From a virus (taxonomy: Duplodnaviria > Caudoviricetes): 57,069 nt of DNA. The translations under genes were made by a program, and so were the position numbers. The notes below the pieces were generated by a model, which worked only from the letters and a program-made list of their open reading frames with translations, did no database searches and was not told the origin of the DNA. Of this stretch, positions 9,802 to 19,853 are shown piece after piece; the stretch's first letter is position 1; the number at the start of each line of letters is the position of its first letter. The stretch is taken from IMG/VR virus record IMGVR_UViG_3300022181_000120, positions 1 through 57,069 of that record. The stretch is one strand, 5' to 3'.

Positions 9802-10185
9802 ATGGAAAACTTACTGAAAGAATCTAACGATATACAGAGCTATTTAGAGATTGAATGCTCTGAAAACCCTGCGGAAGTAGTTGAGAGAATACATACGCTT
9901 TCGGTATATATGGCACGGTCCGGAAATATGCTGGCGGAGGCGAAGAGGATTTACAGGAGAAAGGTTTCATCCGAGATAGCAAATACGATAATCAATATTG
10001 CTAAAGAACAATATCTGTCAGCTACAGCACAAAATGCTTTGGTTTCATCTATAGCAGAAGATGAAGCATTCTTAGTGGATAAACTGGAGCGTATTCATCG
10101 TTCATGCGTGCATCAGATTGACGCATTACGCTCTATTTTATCATATGAAAAAGAAAATTTAAGGATGACAAATAATTATGGTTAA
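9802..10185 (+). CDS. Conserved phage hypothetical protein
   Basis: ATG at 9802; helical ORF in the operon. Confidence 0.65.
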   Translation: MENLLKESNDIQSYLEIECSENPAEVVERIHTLSVYMARSGNMLAEAKRIYRRKVSSEIANTIINIAKEQYLSATAQNALVSSIAEDEAFLVDKLERIHRSCVHQIDALRSILSYEKENLRMTNNYG

Positions 10186-10188
10186 AAA

Positions 10189-10809
10189 ATGAGGGAATAT
10201 TTAAAAGGCCGAAAATTTAATAGATTAACCGTTATTAGTGAATATGGTAGAAGTGCACGTAATGATATTTTATGGCTATGCAAATGCGATTGCGGAAAAG
10301 AAGTTATACAGCCTACACGAAAACTCAAAAGAGGAGAGGTAAAATCATGTGGATGTTATAGGAATGAATGCGTGAAAAATAGGAAAACAACTCACGGCTA
10401 TTCAAACACTCCAACATATCGTTCATGGAATTCAATGATAATGAGATGCGTAAATAAAAACAATAATCAATATTATCGATATGGAAGTAGAAATATAAGT
10501 GTTTGTGATAGATGGATTAATTCGTTTGAAAACTTTCTTCATGATATGGGAGAGAGGCCGCCTGGGGCGTCATTGGATAGAATTGATAATAACGGTAACT
10601 ATGAGCCATCTAATTGCAGATGGGCTACTGCTAAGCAGCAGCAACGAAACAGAAATTGCAATTTAATATTTACCTATAATGGAGAAAATAGAACTCTTTC
10701 TGAATGGTGTGAAATATTAAATATGGATAGTAGGAAAGTTAGAAACAAACTAAGATATAGAAAATACACTATTTCAGAACTCATAAAATACAAAAAAGTA
10801 AAAAAATGA
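10189..10809 (+). CDS. HNH-like homing endonuclease
   Basis: WLCKCDCG, SCGC, SLDRIDNNGNYEPSNCRWAT. Confidence 0.85.
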   Translation: MREYLKGRKFNRLTVISEYGRSARNDILWLCKCDCGKEVIQPTRKLKRGEVKSCGCYRNECVKNRKTTHGYSNTPTYRSWNSMIMRCVNKNNNQYYRYGSRNISVCDRWINSFENFLHDMGERPPGASLDRIDNNGNYEPSNCRWATAKQQQRNRNCNLIFTYNGENRTLSEWCEILNMDSRKVRNKLRYRKYTISELIKYKKVKK

Positions 10810-10810
10810 T

Positions 10811-11011
10811 ATGCAACTTACATTATTTGATATGGATGAAAAGCGAGATAAAAGAGCCGGAAACCCTTATCGAGATAAAAAAGGTAGGTTCTGTAACCGC
10901 ACAAAATCAATTGAAAAGGAATTGGCATATTGGAAAAACAAAGCCGAAGCTTTTGAAAGGGCTTATATGGTTGTAGTAAAACGATTAATAAAAGATGAAA
11001 GAAATGCATAA
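10811..11011 (+). CDS. Hypothetical protein
   Basis: RDKKGRF motif. Confidence 0.55.
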   Translation: MQLTLFDMDEKRDKRAGNPYRDKKGRFCNRTKSIEKELAYWKNKAEAFERAYMVVVKRLIKDERNA

Positions 11012-11219
11012 CATATTATCGAATACATTAATATCGGATAATTACGAAAGAAGAATTCAGGTAGAAAAACTAACTCCTATTGGTAGAAAAATCATAGAGA
11101 ATTACAGGCATGTAAGAGTTGATTCAAGAACTGTAAAACTTGTTAAAATAGAGAATATAGAGATATGTAAAAGTAAAAGAATTTCCAAAAACGGGAAACA
11201 ATTGAATTTAAAAAAGTAA
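10995..11219 (+). CDS. Hypothetical protein
   Basis: ORF in operon. Confidence 0.45.
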   Translation: MKEMHNILSNTLISDNYERRIQVEKLTPIGRKIIENYRHVRVDSRTVKLVKIENIEICKSKRISKNGKQLNLKK

Positions 11220-11244
11220 AAATATTTTCTAAAAAGAAAATTAT

Positions 11245-11556
11245 ATGTTGAAAAAGGTAAGTAAAAAACAGGCAAAAAAGAACGCTGAATTATACAATAT
11301 CAAGAAGGAAATTCCTAAAGTATGCTACTTCTGTCATGGCTTTGGGAACCAGCTAATGCATATTTTAAGCAAGGGAACTTTTCCCCAATATTATACCAGA
11401 AAGTGGAATTTGATTATTGGATGTAATTTTCATCATAACATGTTCGATTATAATGTAGAGTTTAGAAAAAAATATAACTCTCTATATAAGCAAGTTGTCG
11501 AAAATGTAAATTCCGAGGACATAGGGAGAGTTAATAATTACTTTGGAAAGATATGA
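11245..11556 (+). CDS. HNH/NinG-like small nuclease
   Basis: CxxC..H..N..CxxHH pattern. Confidence 0.55.
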   Translation: MLKKVSKKQAKKNAELYNIKKEIPKVCYFCHGFGNQLMHILSKGTFPQYYTRKWNLIIGCNFHHNMFDYNVEFRKKYNSLYKQVVENVNSEDIGRVNNYFGKI

Positions 11557-11888
11557 GAAATAAATACGGAAATACCAAATATAAGGGGTACGATTCAAAG
11601 AAAGAATACTATAGGAGTAATGAATTAAAACTCCTCCAAAGAGCCGGTGAAATAACTGATCTGAAAGAACAAGTCAAATATGAATTAATACCATCGCAAT
11701 ACGAGGTAGTTAACGGCAAGAAAAAATGTATAGAAAAGGAGATTAGTTACTACGCAGACTTTCAGTATATAAAAAACGGTGAAACGGTTGTTGAAGACAC
11801 AAAATCATCTGCAACAATAACAAAGGATTATATAATCAAGAGAAAGTTGATGTTGTATGTTCACGGGATAAAGATTAAGGAAGTGTAA
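11553..11888 (+). CDS. DUF1064 family nuclease (resolvase-like)
   Basis: NKYGN..DSKKE..QVKYELIP..YYADFQY..VEDTKS..KRKLM. Confidence 0.85.
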   Translation: MRNKYGNTKYKGYDSKKEYYRSNELKLLQRAGEITDLKEQVKYELIPSQYEVVNGKKKCIEKEISYYADFQYIKNGETVVEDTKSSATITKDYIIKRKLMLYVHGIKIKEV

Positions 11889-11889
11889 A

Positions 11890-12717
11890 ATGAAATCAGG
11901 ATGGGTAAAAACATATAGGCAGTTGGTTGAATGGGAATGGTATCAAGATTCCCAGATGGTTCATTTGTTGATTCACCTTATTCTTAGCGCAAATTATTCT
12001 GATCAGATTTGGAGAGGACAGAGAATAAATAGAGGTCAGTTATTAACGAGCAGACGTAAATTATCAATCGAAACAGGCATTTCGGAGCAGTCAATAAGGA
12101 CATGTTTAGAGCGTTTACAATCAACCAACGAAATAACCACCAAATCAACCAACAAATATACAATTATAACTATCACAAAATATGATGTTTACCAAGATAA
12201 TGAAGATGATGACAACCAGCAAATCAACCAACAAACAGTACAACAATCAACCAACAATCAACCAGCAATCAACCAACCATCATTAAAGAATAATAAGAAT
12301 AACAAGAAAGATAATAATACATCAGGCGCTAAAGCGCCTGTTACGCTTCATACGATATGTAAAAATTATTTTCATGAAAAATTCAGACAATTGTTTAGCG
12401 ATGAATACTACTGGGAGGCAAAGGATGCTGCAAACCTTAATTCCATTTTGAAAAAGATAAAGTACAACAGGGAAATGAAATCAATGCCGAATGATGATAA
12501 TAGCGTAACCGATGCTTTTAGAACATTTTTGAATTCAATAAGGGATGAATGGATTTTAAAAAACTACAGCATGTCAAATATAAATTCGAAGTTCAACGAG
12601 ATAATATCACAGGCAAAAAATGGACGAACAAAGCAGAAAATCGATAGACCTACTCAAGAAGAGCTCAGTGCAGCTATCGACATCGGAATGGCACTTGCCG
12701 CTGCCAATAAAAAATGA
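11890..12717 (+). CDS. Phage replication initiator (O-like)
   Basis: GWVKTYRQLVEWEWY..RGQLLTS winged-helix N-terminus; Q/N-rich linker encoded by repeats. Confidence 0.8.
   Translation: MKSGWVKTYRQLVEWEWYQDSQMVHLLIHLILSANYSDQIWRGQRINRGQLLTSRRKLSIETGISEQSIRTCLERLQSTNEITTKSTNKYTIITITKYDVYQDNEDDDNQQINQQTVQQSTNNQPAINQPSLKNNKNNKKDNNTSGAKAPVTLHTICKNYFHEKFRQLFSDEYYWEAKDAANLNSILKKIKYNREMKSMPNDDNSVTDAFRTFLNSIRDEWILKNYSMSNINSKFNEIISQAKNGRTKQKIDRPTQEELSAAIDIGMALAAANKK
12118..12278 (+). repeat. Iteron-like AATCAACCA(A/G)C repeats (putative origin)
   Basis: About 6 copies of ATCAACCA within the initiator gene, followed by an A-rich tract. Confidence 0.6.
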
Positions 12718-13093
12718 TAGCGGTTATTCGATTTCTGTCTATGATGGGGAAAAACTTGGTAGGGTAGAAATAGAACAAGCTACGAACAGACTTGCAATAG
12801 CATTTCCAGATATGAGAAAGGAGTTTTTTGTTTTGCTTACCGAATTTATTATCAAAGAAGGATTTACGAAAGAGCGGCTAAGTGATGCCGTAAACAACGT
12901 AATTGCTACATTCAAGTACAAAGAGATTAATATTTCAGATATAATCTCTTACGACAAAAGGGTAAAATTATATACTTATTCAGAAGTAACGTCGCTTGTA
13001 ACACAGGGAAAAGCATCGTTCGGTGATTTTGAGATAAGGAAAGTTGACGGAAAGAAATACAGGGTCTTGAAATCAGATTTAAATAATTACTAA
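12620..13093 (+). CDS. Hypothetical protein (helicase-loader position)
   Basis: Overlaps the initiator 3' end; position only. Confidence 0.55.
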   Translation: MDEQSRKSIDLLKKSSVQLSTSEWHLPLPIKNDSGYSISVYDGEKLGRVEIEQATNRLAIAFPDMRKEFFVLLTEFIIKEGFTKERLSDAVNNVIATFKYKEINISDIISYDKRVKLYTYSEVTSLVTQGKASFGDFEIRKVDGKKYRVLKSDLNNY

Positions 13094-13124
13094 TCGCCGA
13101 AAGGCACTAAAACATTTTAAATTT

Positions 13125-13556
13125 ATGCAAAGAGAATTAGGAAAAGACGTCGAGCAAGGAGCAAAAAGAATTGATTTCCTTGATAGTAACTGTGACGCAG
13201 TCGAAGAGAAAGGGTACATGAAACCGTTTACACCAGACGAGTTGAACGAAATGAAAGACACGCTGGCTAGCACCACTATCGAGATTAACGATATCGAGGA
13301 AGAGAAAAAGGAAGTAATGGTTGAGTTCAACGAAAGGCTGAAACCTTTTAAGGAAGAACAGAAAATTTTGCTTGTGAACATCAAGAACAAGGCAAAGTTT
13401 GTGAATGAAAAGTGCTATAAGTTTATAGACAGAGAGGAACGCATGGTTGGATTCTACAACGAAAATGGTGATCTGATTGACAGCAGACCAACATATGCGA
13501 ACGAGTTGCAGGGAACTATCTTCCAGATGAAACGAACCGGAACGGATAACGATTGA
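13125..13556 (+). CDS. Conserved Bacteroidetes phage hypothetical protein
   Basis: 143-aa ORF with natural composition. Confidence 0.7.
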   Translation: MQRELGKDVEQGAKRIDFLDSNCDAVEEKGYMKPFTPDELNEMKDTLASTTIEINDIEEEKKEVMVEFNERLKPFKEEQKILLVNIKNKAKFVNEKCYKFIDREERMVGFYNENGDLIDSRPTYANELQGTIFQMKRTGTDND

Positions 13557-13736
13557 CAATATGTTTAATCCAGGAGGATATTACGGAAAAGAAGCGAGAC
13601 TTCGTTTTTACGAAGAGCACAATTCAACGAATCTTTTGAGAAAGAAAAGTAAGATAAGAAAAAACAATCGAAGGACTGCCTCAAAAATAAGGGCAAGAAA
13701 TCGGTATTAATAATCATCAAAAAATAAAATAAAATT

Positions 13737-14480
13737 ATGCAAAACGAAAAAATGCAATTCAATTTCGCACCAGGAGCAGAGAAAGTCGAAGCAATTATTA
13801 GAGAGGTAAAAGAAGTAAACGAACTTCCCATAAGAGAACCTGTAAAAATAAATATTTCAGGTACAATTGGAGCTCCTTTGGAATTTCTAACAAAGAGAGC
13901 AGATCAGCCGGACCAAATTAACCAGAAGCGTTGTCATGTTATTGTTGACAGAAATGACATTTCAATAAACCTTGTCATTAACGAAAACGATCATTACAAT
14001 CGTGGATTTGTTTTTGGAAAACTTGAGTTTAATCCAAAATTCATTGAGTTTGGTATCAATGCAGGAAAAGACTGGACACCAACGCAGCTTGGTTTGTTTT
14101 TCAAAATGAACAGAGCGTTTTTCACTTCGAAAGAAGATAATATGAAATTGGTCACTGAATTGATGAACTTCACAGCTACGGTGAATAACAACATTCAGAA
14201 AGCAGCAAATGAGAAAGGGAACAGAACAGACAATTTCGAGCAAGTTGTTAATTCAAATTTGCCCCAATCGTTTAACCTTGTTATTCCGATTTTTAAGGGT
14301 TCTAAACCTGATACCATCGAAGTTGAAACATTCGCACAAGTGGATGGCAGGGATGTTTCTTTTATGCTTATTTCGCCAGGAGCGCAAGCCGTTATGGATA
14401 TGTTGAGAGATCAAGTAATTGATACGCATATTGAAGCAATAAGAAAACTTTGTCCTGACATCGCAATCATTGAACAGTAA
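13737..14480 (+). CDS. Conserved phage hypothetical protein
   Basis: 247-aa ORF following 13125-13556. Confidence 0.7.
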   Translation: MQNEKMQFNFAPGAEKVEAIIREVKEVNELPIREPVKINISGTIGAPLEFLTKRADQPDQINQKRCHVIVDRNDISINLVINENDHYNRGFVFGKLEFNPKFIEFGINAGKDWTPTQLGLFFKMNRAFFTSKEDNMKLVTELMNFTATVNNNIQKAANEKGNRTDNFEQVVNSNLPQSFNLVIPIFKGSKPDTIEVETFAQVDGRDVSFMLISPGAQAVMDMLRDQVIDTHIEAIRKLCPDIAIIEQ

Positions 14481-14486
14481 TCAAAT

Positions 14487-14509
14487 TAGGGATGGTAGCC
14501 CCATCCCTA
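14487..14509 (+). terminator. Hairpin after the replication operon
   Basis: TAGGGATGG-tagcc-CCATCCCTA; weak T tail. Confidence 0.45.
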
Positions 14510-14563
14510 TAATCTTCTGAACAATCATTAACATCTGATAGATAAACATTTAACATAAAAAAT

Positions 14564-14594
14564 GGTCGTTATTAAAGACCTTTTATTAACTTTA
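14564..14594 (+). promoter_or_regulatory. GGTCG palindromic motif copy 2 plus -7 box
   Basis: GGTCGTTATTAAAGACC-TTTTAT-TAACTTTA, near-identical to copy 1. Confidence 0.6.
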
Positions 14595-14626
14595 CAATGT
14601 AATAATAAACATATAACATTAAGGCT

Positions 14627-14863
14627 ATGAGCAATTTAATTGGAAAAAACGCAATAAGCACTGAGTACCCAGGATATATTGGAGAAATAAGAGCGTACTA
14701 CCCTGATACAGGTCAATTGGGGATACGGTTTTTCAAGCATGAATATGTAATTGTGCATATTTCAACATGCAAACTTGTGGTAATCGTTCCTGAAAGGGAA
14801 TACAAGGAGTTGATGAAGAGGGTAGATTTATTCGAGTGTGTTAAAAATCAAACAGAAAGATAA
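14627..14863 (+). CDS. Hypothetical protein
   Basis: First ORF after the promoter. Confidence 0.55.
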   Translation: MSNLIGKNAISTEYPGYIGEIRAYYPDTGQLGIRFFKHEYVIVHISTCKLVVIVPEREYKELMKRVDLFECVKNQTER

Positions 14864-14868
14864 TCAAT

Positions 14869-15462
14869 ATGATTAAATGCAACATTTGTCAGGCTGAATT
14901 CAAAACTCAGCGAGGATTTGACAACCACAAACACAGGTGGTATTGTCATGAATGCGGGACGAAGCTAATAACCCTGAATGGTTACGAGCGACACATGAAA
15001 AGACATGAGGAAGGTGACGCTAAGGCAGAGAAAGAACGGCTGTTGGCGATAGAAAGGCAGAATCAGTTTCGTAAAATGGTTGAACTATTGAAAGAGAGCG
15101 GCCTATTCAATCCGAAATACAAAGCCGGGGACAAGGTGATTCTATCGACTTACCGAGTTACTAAACCAACACACGAAAAGAGATGGAACAGGATGGTACG
15201 GGTGAGATATGAAGAGGAGCGATACTATTATGCACAGGAATTCACCGTACACGGAAATCTCGAACCCGAAATGCGCAACTCGTATCATGTCGAAAGGTGC
15301 ATCCGGGAGAATGAACAGTACCCTGTAGAGTATGTGACTGAATGTCACAGGTGGTTCAATGATGGGAGTGTTTTCCAGGATATGAGGTCAGCAAAAGCGG
15401 ATGCGGATGAAAAAGGAAAGGATTACAAAAAGGCTTGCGACTTTGCAGCTATGTGTAGATAA
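14869..15462 (+). CDS. C2H2-like zinc-finger protein
   Basis: CNIC..H and CHEC..H..H motifs. Confidence 0.6.
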   Translation: MIKCNICQAEFKTQRGFDNHKHRWYCHECGTKLITLNGYERHMKRHEEGDAKAEKERLLAIERQNQFRKMVELLKESGLFNPKYKAGDKVILSTYRVTKPTHEKRWNRMVRVRYEEERYYYAQEFTVHGNLEPEMRNSYHVERCIRENEQYPVEYVTECHRWFNDGSVFQDMRSAKADADEKGKDYKKACDFAAMCR

Positions 15463-15534
15463 TTATTAATCAATTAAAATAACGCTATAAAAAAGTAATA
15501 AAAATATTAAAACGCACTGGATGTGCTTTATGAA

Positions 15535-16752
15535 ATGAACGTATTATCGCTTTTTGACGGAATGAGTTGCGGACAGATAGCACTCAAGGAATTAGGTATT
15601 ACTGTTGATAATTATTTCGCTTCTGAAATTGATAAATTCGCCATCGCCCAAACGCAATTGAATTTTCCAAATACCATACAACTCGGGAGCGTAGTTGACG
15701 TGAATGTGAAAAAACTACCGAAAATAGACCTGCTTATGGGCGGTTCCCCCTGTCAGTCATTTTCATTTGCCGGCAAAAGAAACGGAATGAGCACGACATG
15801 TAATGAAGAAATATTCACTCTTGACAGGTATCTGGAATTGAAATACCAGAACTTTGAATTTAAAGGAGAATCTTATCTATTTTGGGAGTATATGCGGATC
15901 CTGACAGATATTCGGAAATATAACAACCCTGACGTTAAGTTTTTACTCGAGAATGTGGAGATGGGTAAAAAATGGGAACGGGTGCTATCTAAAGCGATAG
16001 GTATTTTCGGTGTTCACGTCAATTCGTCGTTAGTTTCAGCACAAAACAGAAAAAGGATCTATTGGTCGAACATTAGAACAAGGAAGGAAGGATTGTTCGG
16101 TGATCTTCACACAGATATCCCACAACCTGATGATTGCGGAATACTTCTAAAGGATATTTTAGAATTAGAATCGGAAATTAATGATAAATATTATATAAAG
16201 TCAAAACACATGATTGATTTTGTGACTGACGGAAAAAGGATTGAGAAAAAATATACACAGATAAATGGCTTGAAGGCTCTTCCACAGATGGCGAGACAAT
16301 ACGCAAGCTGGAACGGTGATTTTATTTGTCACGACAATATCGAAACAGGTATAATCATACACTCCACCATGCCGAGATCATCAAAATCAGGAAAAGGTGG
16401 CACGGGTCGGCTATCAAGGAGAGATGGGAAAACATATTGTCTAAGTACTCAACAATCTAACGTTATTCAACTAAACCAGTCAACTGAATCTAATGGGAAT
16501 CAACCACAGCAACAAAACAGGGTATATGATGCTAATGGTAAATCTCATGCACACATGGCGCAAATGTCCCGCAATAGTTACTCCGTAAAAACCGAAAAAA
16601 GAATTCGCCGATTAACCCCAACAGAATGTGCCAGACTCCAAACAGTACCAGAATGGTATAAATGGAAATGTTCGGATACACAGCAATACAAGATGTTAGG
16701 AAACGGATGGACGATAAAAGTTATAATGCACATTTTAAAGTATTTAAAGTGA
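15535..16752 (+). CDS. DNA (cytosine-5) methyltransferase
   Basis: Motifs LFDGMSCG, GGSPCQ, ENV, QNRKR, RRLTPTEC, LGNGW. Confidence 0.93.
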   Translation: MNVLSLFDGMSCGQIALKELGITVDNYFASEIDKFAIAQTQLNFPNTIQLGSVVDVNVKKLPKIDLLMGGSPCQSFSFAGKRNGMSTTCNEEIFTLDRYLELKYQNFEFKGESYLFWEYMRILTDIRKYNNPDVKFLLENVEMGKKWERVLSKAIGIFGVHVNSSLVSAQNRKRIYWSNIRTRKEGLFGDLHTDIPQPDDCGILLKDILELESEINDKYYIKSKHMIDFVTDGKRIEKKYTQINGLKALPQMARQYASWNGDFICHDNIETGIIIHSTMPRSSKSGKGGTGRLSRRDGKTYCLSTQQSNVIQLNQSTESNGNQPQQQNRVYDANGKSHAHMAQMSRNSYSVKTEKRIRRLTPTECARLQTVPEWYKWKCSDTQQYKMLGNGWTIKVIMHILKYLK

Positions 16753-16763
16753 TTAAAAGTATT

Positions 16764-17123
16764 ATGAAAACAGGAATTGAATTAATTAAAAAAGAACGTG
16801 AAGAGCAAATTCACAAACATGGATTTTCACTTCAAAAAGATGCCGAGTTTTATAAAAACGGAGAATTACTTCAAGCAGCCGATTTTTGTCTTGAGCAGGC
16901 GAGAATAAAAGCAGGTGTGCAGAAGAATATGCAATTGGCTTGGCCGGATGGATGGGATTTATACTTTCGTGATAAAATTTACGGAAAGAGTGTAATTGAC
17001 CAACTCACAGTTTGCGGGGCATTCATTCTTGCAGAAAAAGATAGAACAAATGACGATGATCTCGACGAAGCTATTAAGAAAATATCATCAAAGATTAATA
17101 ATTTAATCGGAACAATGTTATGA
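16764..17123 (+). CDS. Hypothetical protein
   Basis: MKTGIELIKKEREEQI..GEL..AA..WP..W, a common phage small protein. Confidence 0.65.
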   Translation: MKTGIELIKKEREEQIHKHGFSLQKDAEFYKNGELLQAADFCLEQARIKAGVQKNMQLAWPDGWDLYFRDKIYGKSVIDQLTVCGAFILAEKDRTNDDDLDEAIKKISSKINNLIGTML

Positions 17124-17290
17124 CAGCAAAAGAATTAGGAAAACAACATTCCTCTACGCTTACAAAGAGGGGATATTTCGCCATATTAATAATGCAAGGA
17201 ATTGTGTTTAGATATGATATGAAGGAAGCGGCAGAAATATCCGTGAGGTATGCAGACGCCTTATTAAAAGAATTAGCAAAGGAGGAGTGA
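17120..17290 (+). CDS. Small hypothetical protein (not in ORF track)
   Basis: MTAKELG..LTKRGYFA..AEISVRYADALLKEL; fills the gap between neighbours. Confidence 0.55.
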   Translation: MTAKELGKQHSSTLTKRGYFAILIMQGIVFRYDMKEAAEISVRYADALLKELAKEE

Positions 17291-17292
17291 TT

Positions 17293-17667
17293 ATGAAGGA
17301 AAGTTTAAATGAACTGGCAAAGAAATTCCATCAATTTCAAATTGATGCCGGATTCACAGATTCAAATATTGTCCAACGCTTAATGCTTGTGCATTCTGAA
17401 ATATCAGAAGCATTTGAGGCATATAGAAAAGATAAATATGCAGATATAGATGGATTTAATGCTGATAATAAGGGCCAATTTGGTAGTTATTTTAAAGAAG
17501 CGTTTGAGGATAACATCAAGGACTCTCTTGAGGACGAAATTGCCGATGCTATTATCCGTTTATTGGCATTTTGCGGTGAGAATAATATTGATATTGAAAG
17601 ACACGTTGAGTTAAAACATAGGTATAATCAGCTTCGTGGTTTTAAGTATGGTGGTAAAAAGTTTTGA
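17293..17667 (+). CDS. MazG-like nucleotide pyrophosphohydrolase
   Basis: LVHSEISEAFEA..EDEIADAIIRLL..K..YN..R. Confidence 0.8.
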   Translation: MKESLNELAKKFHQFQIDAGFTDSNIVQRLMLVHSEISEAFEAYRKDKYADIDGFNADNKGQFGSYFKEAFEDNIKDSLEDEIADAIIRLLAFCGENNIDIERHVELKHRYNQLRGFKYGGKKF

Positions 17668-17669
17668 TT

Positions 17670-18221
17670 ATGGAAACATTACAATTAAAAGACATACAAA
17701 TTGGAGCTAAATATTGGATTTTTGAAGCGAGACATGATGCACGCTTATTGCAAGTACTTGTCGTCGACATTTTGCCAGAAAAGAATAGAGTTGTAATTGA
17801 TTTACCATATTTGACTGAAACACTAATAGAAGTATTGCCTAATCAACTTTACCGCACTGAACTTGAAGCTATAAATTCAGTATTCAGGGATAATATGTAT
17901 TACGACAGAGATAGAATACAGGATGGGTATAACAAAGGGTCTTTCGACTATTTAGCAAAACCACAAGATAAACATACCAATCGTAGAGTAGTGGAAATAA
18001 AAGAAACTCCGAACGCAAATATACCGAACTCATATATAAAATCAGATAACGAGGCTTTAGAGTATAAGGATAAATATGCAATAGAATTTGTAAAATTTGT
18101 TGAATCATTATCGCCAAATGAAAGAGTTTCCGTATGGTCAAAAGATGGATCACTTAGTGGTTTATTCAACATGGACATAGAGCAATTACTTTGTAAGTAT
18201 AAATCAAAATTAAAATTATAG
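17670..18221 (+). CDS. Hypothetical protein
   Basis: ORF in operon. Confidence 0.6.
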   Translation: METLQLKDIQIGAKYWIFEARHDARLLQVLVVDILPEKNRVVIDLPYLTETLIEVLPNQLYRTELEAINSVFRDNMYYDRDRIQDGYNKGSFDYLAKPQDKHTNRRVVEIKETPNANIPNSYIKSDNEALEYKDKYAIEFVKFVESLSPNERVSVWSKDGSLSGLFNMDIEQLLCKYKSKLKL

Positions 18222-18223
18222 AA

Positions 18224-18421
18224 ATGAACAGTTTAATAAATTATAGATATTGCACTCTTTCGGACGAGGAGCTTTTGAAGAGAGTTGACGAGCAGACCGA
18301 CAACATGTTTAGGACGCAGAAAGTGCCAACGAGGAATATTCCAGCCCGATTTGATGAGGATTACGACCTTTTAATCGGAGAATTAATAATGAGGTTTAAC
18401 GAATTAATTGAAAAGAAATGA
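18224..18421 (+). CDS. Hypothetical protein
   Basis: ORF in operon. Confidence 0.55.
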   Translation: MNSLINYRYCTLSDEELLKRVDEQTDNMFRTQKVPTRNIPARFDEDYDLLIGELIMRFNELIEKK

Positions 18422-18651
18422 AATACAGTGGACTGATAGACAAGTTAGGTAAGGTGGTTGAAGAATCAAAACTGCTTTTATGCGTAAAAGCTGACGGTAT
18501 TACAATAGAGGGGAAATTCTTCCATGAATCGACTCTCAATAAAATTCAGCGACTTCTCCAATTGTACGGAGAATGCCAATGGTGGATATACCCCTCTGAA
18601 ACGATAGGGGGAGGCGTGATGTATTCGATTAAAATATATACTTACAAATGA
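18418..18651 (+). CDS. Hypothetical protein
   Basis: ATGA-coupled ORF. Confidence 0.55.
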   Translation: MKYSGLIDKLGKVVEESKLLLCVKADGITIEGKFFHESTLNKIQRLLQLYGECQWWIYPSETIGGGVMYSIKIYTYK

Positions 18652-19121
18652 TACACAAAACATTAAGCGAAAAGCAGCCTTGGAGCTATCTTCTTTGTGC
18701 AGGCATTAAGGATATCGAAAACCGCACATGGCCTTTGCCCGAAAAATATAGGGATGAATGGGTGCTGATTCATGCAGGAGCGGATAGAAAATTAGACCTT
18801 ACAGCTCTAACACGGGAGCAGTATTTAATAGCTTCTGAAATTTTAAATGAAAAATGTCTTTTGCCTTTAGTCCCTGTTTGCGAATGGACACGTTCCGCAA
18901 TTACAGGAGCAGTCAAATTCACAGATTGCGTTATCAACCATCCGAGCATCTGGGCGGAGAAAGTTGATAATACAGACAGGGTATTTCTTGGCTTGAAACC
19001 AATCTATAACTGGGTTGTATCCGACGCCATACTTTTCGATAATCCAATTATGAATGTAAAAGGCAGATTAAGTTTCTGGAATTTTGATTTGCCGGAAGAA
19101 TATGCGAAACTTTTAAAATAG
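18648..19121 (+). CDS. ASCH domain protein
   Basis: LSEKQPWSYLLCAGIKDIENRTW..LIHAG..VKGRLSFW. Confidence 0.85.
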   Translation: MIHKTLSEKQPWSYLLCAGIKDIENRTWPLPEKYRDEWVLIHAGADRKLDLTALTREQYLIASEILNEKCLLPLVPVCEWTRSAITGAVKFTDCVINHPSIWAEKVDNTDRVFLGLKPIYNWVVSDAILFDNPIMNVKGRLSFWNFDLPEEYAKLLK

Positions 19122-19126
19122 CAAAA

Positions 19127-19762
19127 ATGAAAGGTATAATATTTACGGAAAATAATTTCCTTCTTACAATTGATAGGATAAAGAAGCAGACACGCAGGAT
19201 TATCAATCCTCAGCCTGATTTTTTCGACGAAGGAAAACCATATTGCGAAACTGATTTTAGGTTTAAGACAAAAAGTCGTTTAAACGAAGATGGCGAGCAT
19301 TGGTTTGAGATTAAGCCCCGCTACAAAGTAGGCGAAACAGTGTACCTGAAAGAGCCGTATTTTTTATATGATGAAAAATATTTAGAACTAAAAACAACTA
19401 ACGGATTAGAGGTATCATATAAGTATGGAAATAATCTTTCGCTCGAAGAGATTACGGGCAAATCTGGGCTAAAATGGGAAAGCAAACTCTTTATGCCTGA
19501 ATCCGCTGCTCGATATTTCATCAAAATTACAGACGTTCGAGCCGAAAGATTACAGGATATTTCTGATGAAGATTGTATCAAGGAGGGAATATTGGAAGAA
19601 AGAAATTGGGGAAATGGCACTGAATGGTTTACTTATTCTAATGGAACATACAGTTTTGGCACTCCAAGAGAAGCATATGCTGCCCTGATTAACGAAATAA
19701 ATGGTGCGGGCACATGGAAAGATAACCCGTTTGTATGGGTGTATGATTACGAACATATATAG
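19127..19762 (+). CDS. ASCH-like phage protein
   Basis: KKQTRRII..YLKEP..LFMP..ITDVRAERLQDIS..EG..W..NPFVWVY. Confidence 0.75.
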   Translation: MKGIIFTENNFLLTIDRIKKQTRRIINPQPDFFDEGKPYCETDFRFKTKSRLNEDGEHWFEIKPRYKVGETVYLKEPYFLYDEKYLELKTTNGLEVSYKYGNNLSLEEITGKSGLKWESKLFMPESAARYFIKITDVRAERLQDISDEDCIKEGILEERNWGNGTEWFTYSNGTYSFGTPREAYAALINEINGAGTWKDNPFVWVYDYEHI

Positions 19763-19853
19763 AAATTCGCAAAAACTATACATATTAAGATTGACATATA
19801 TAATAGAATAACTTTCCCGCTATTCTAAAAAAGCGGGGCAAAATTAGAACAAG

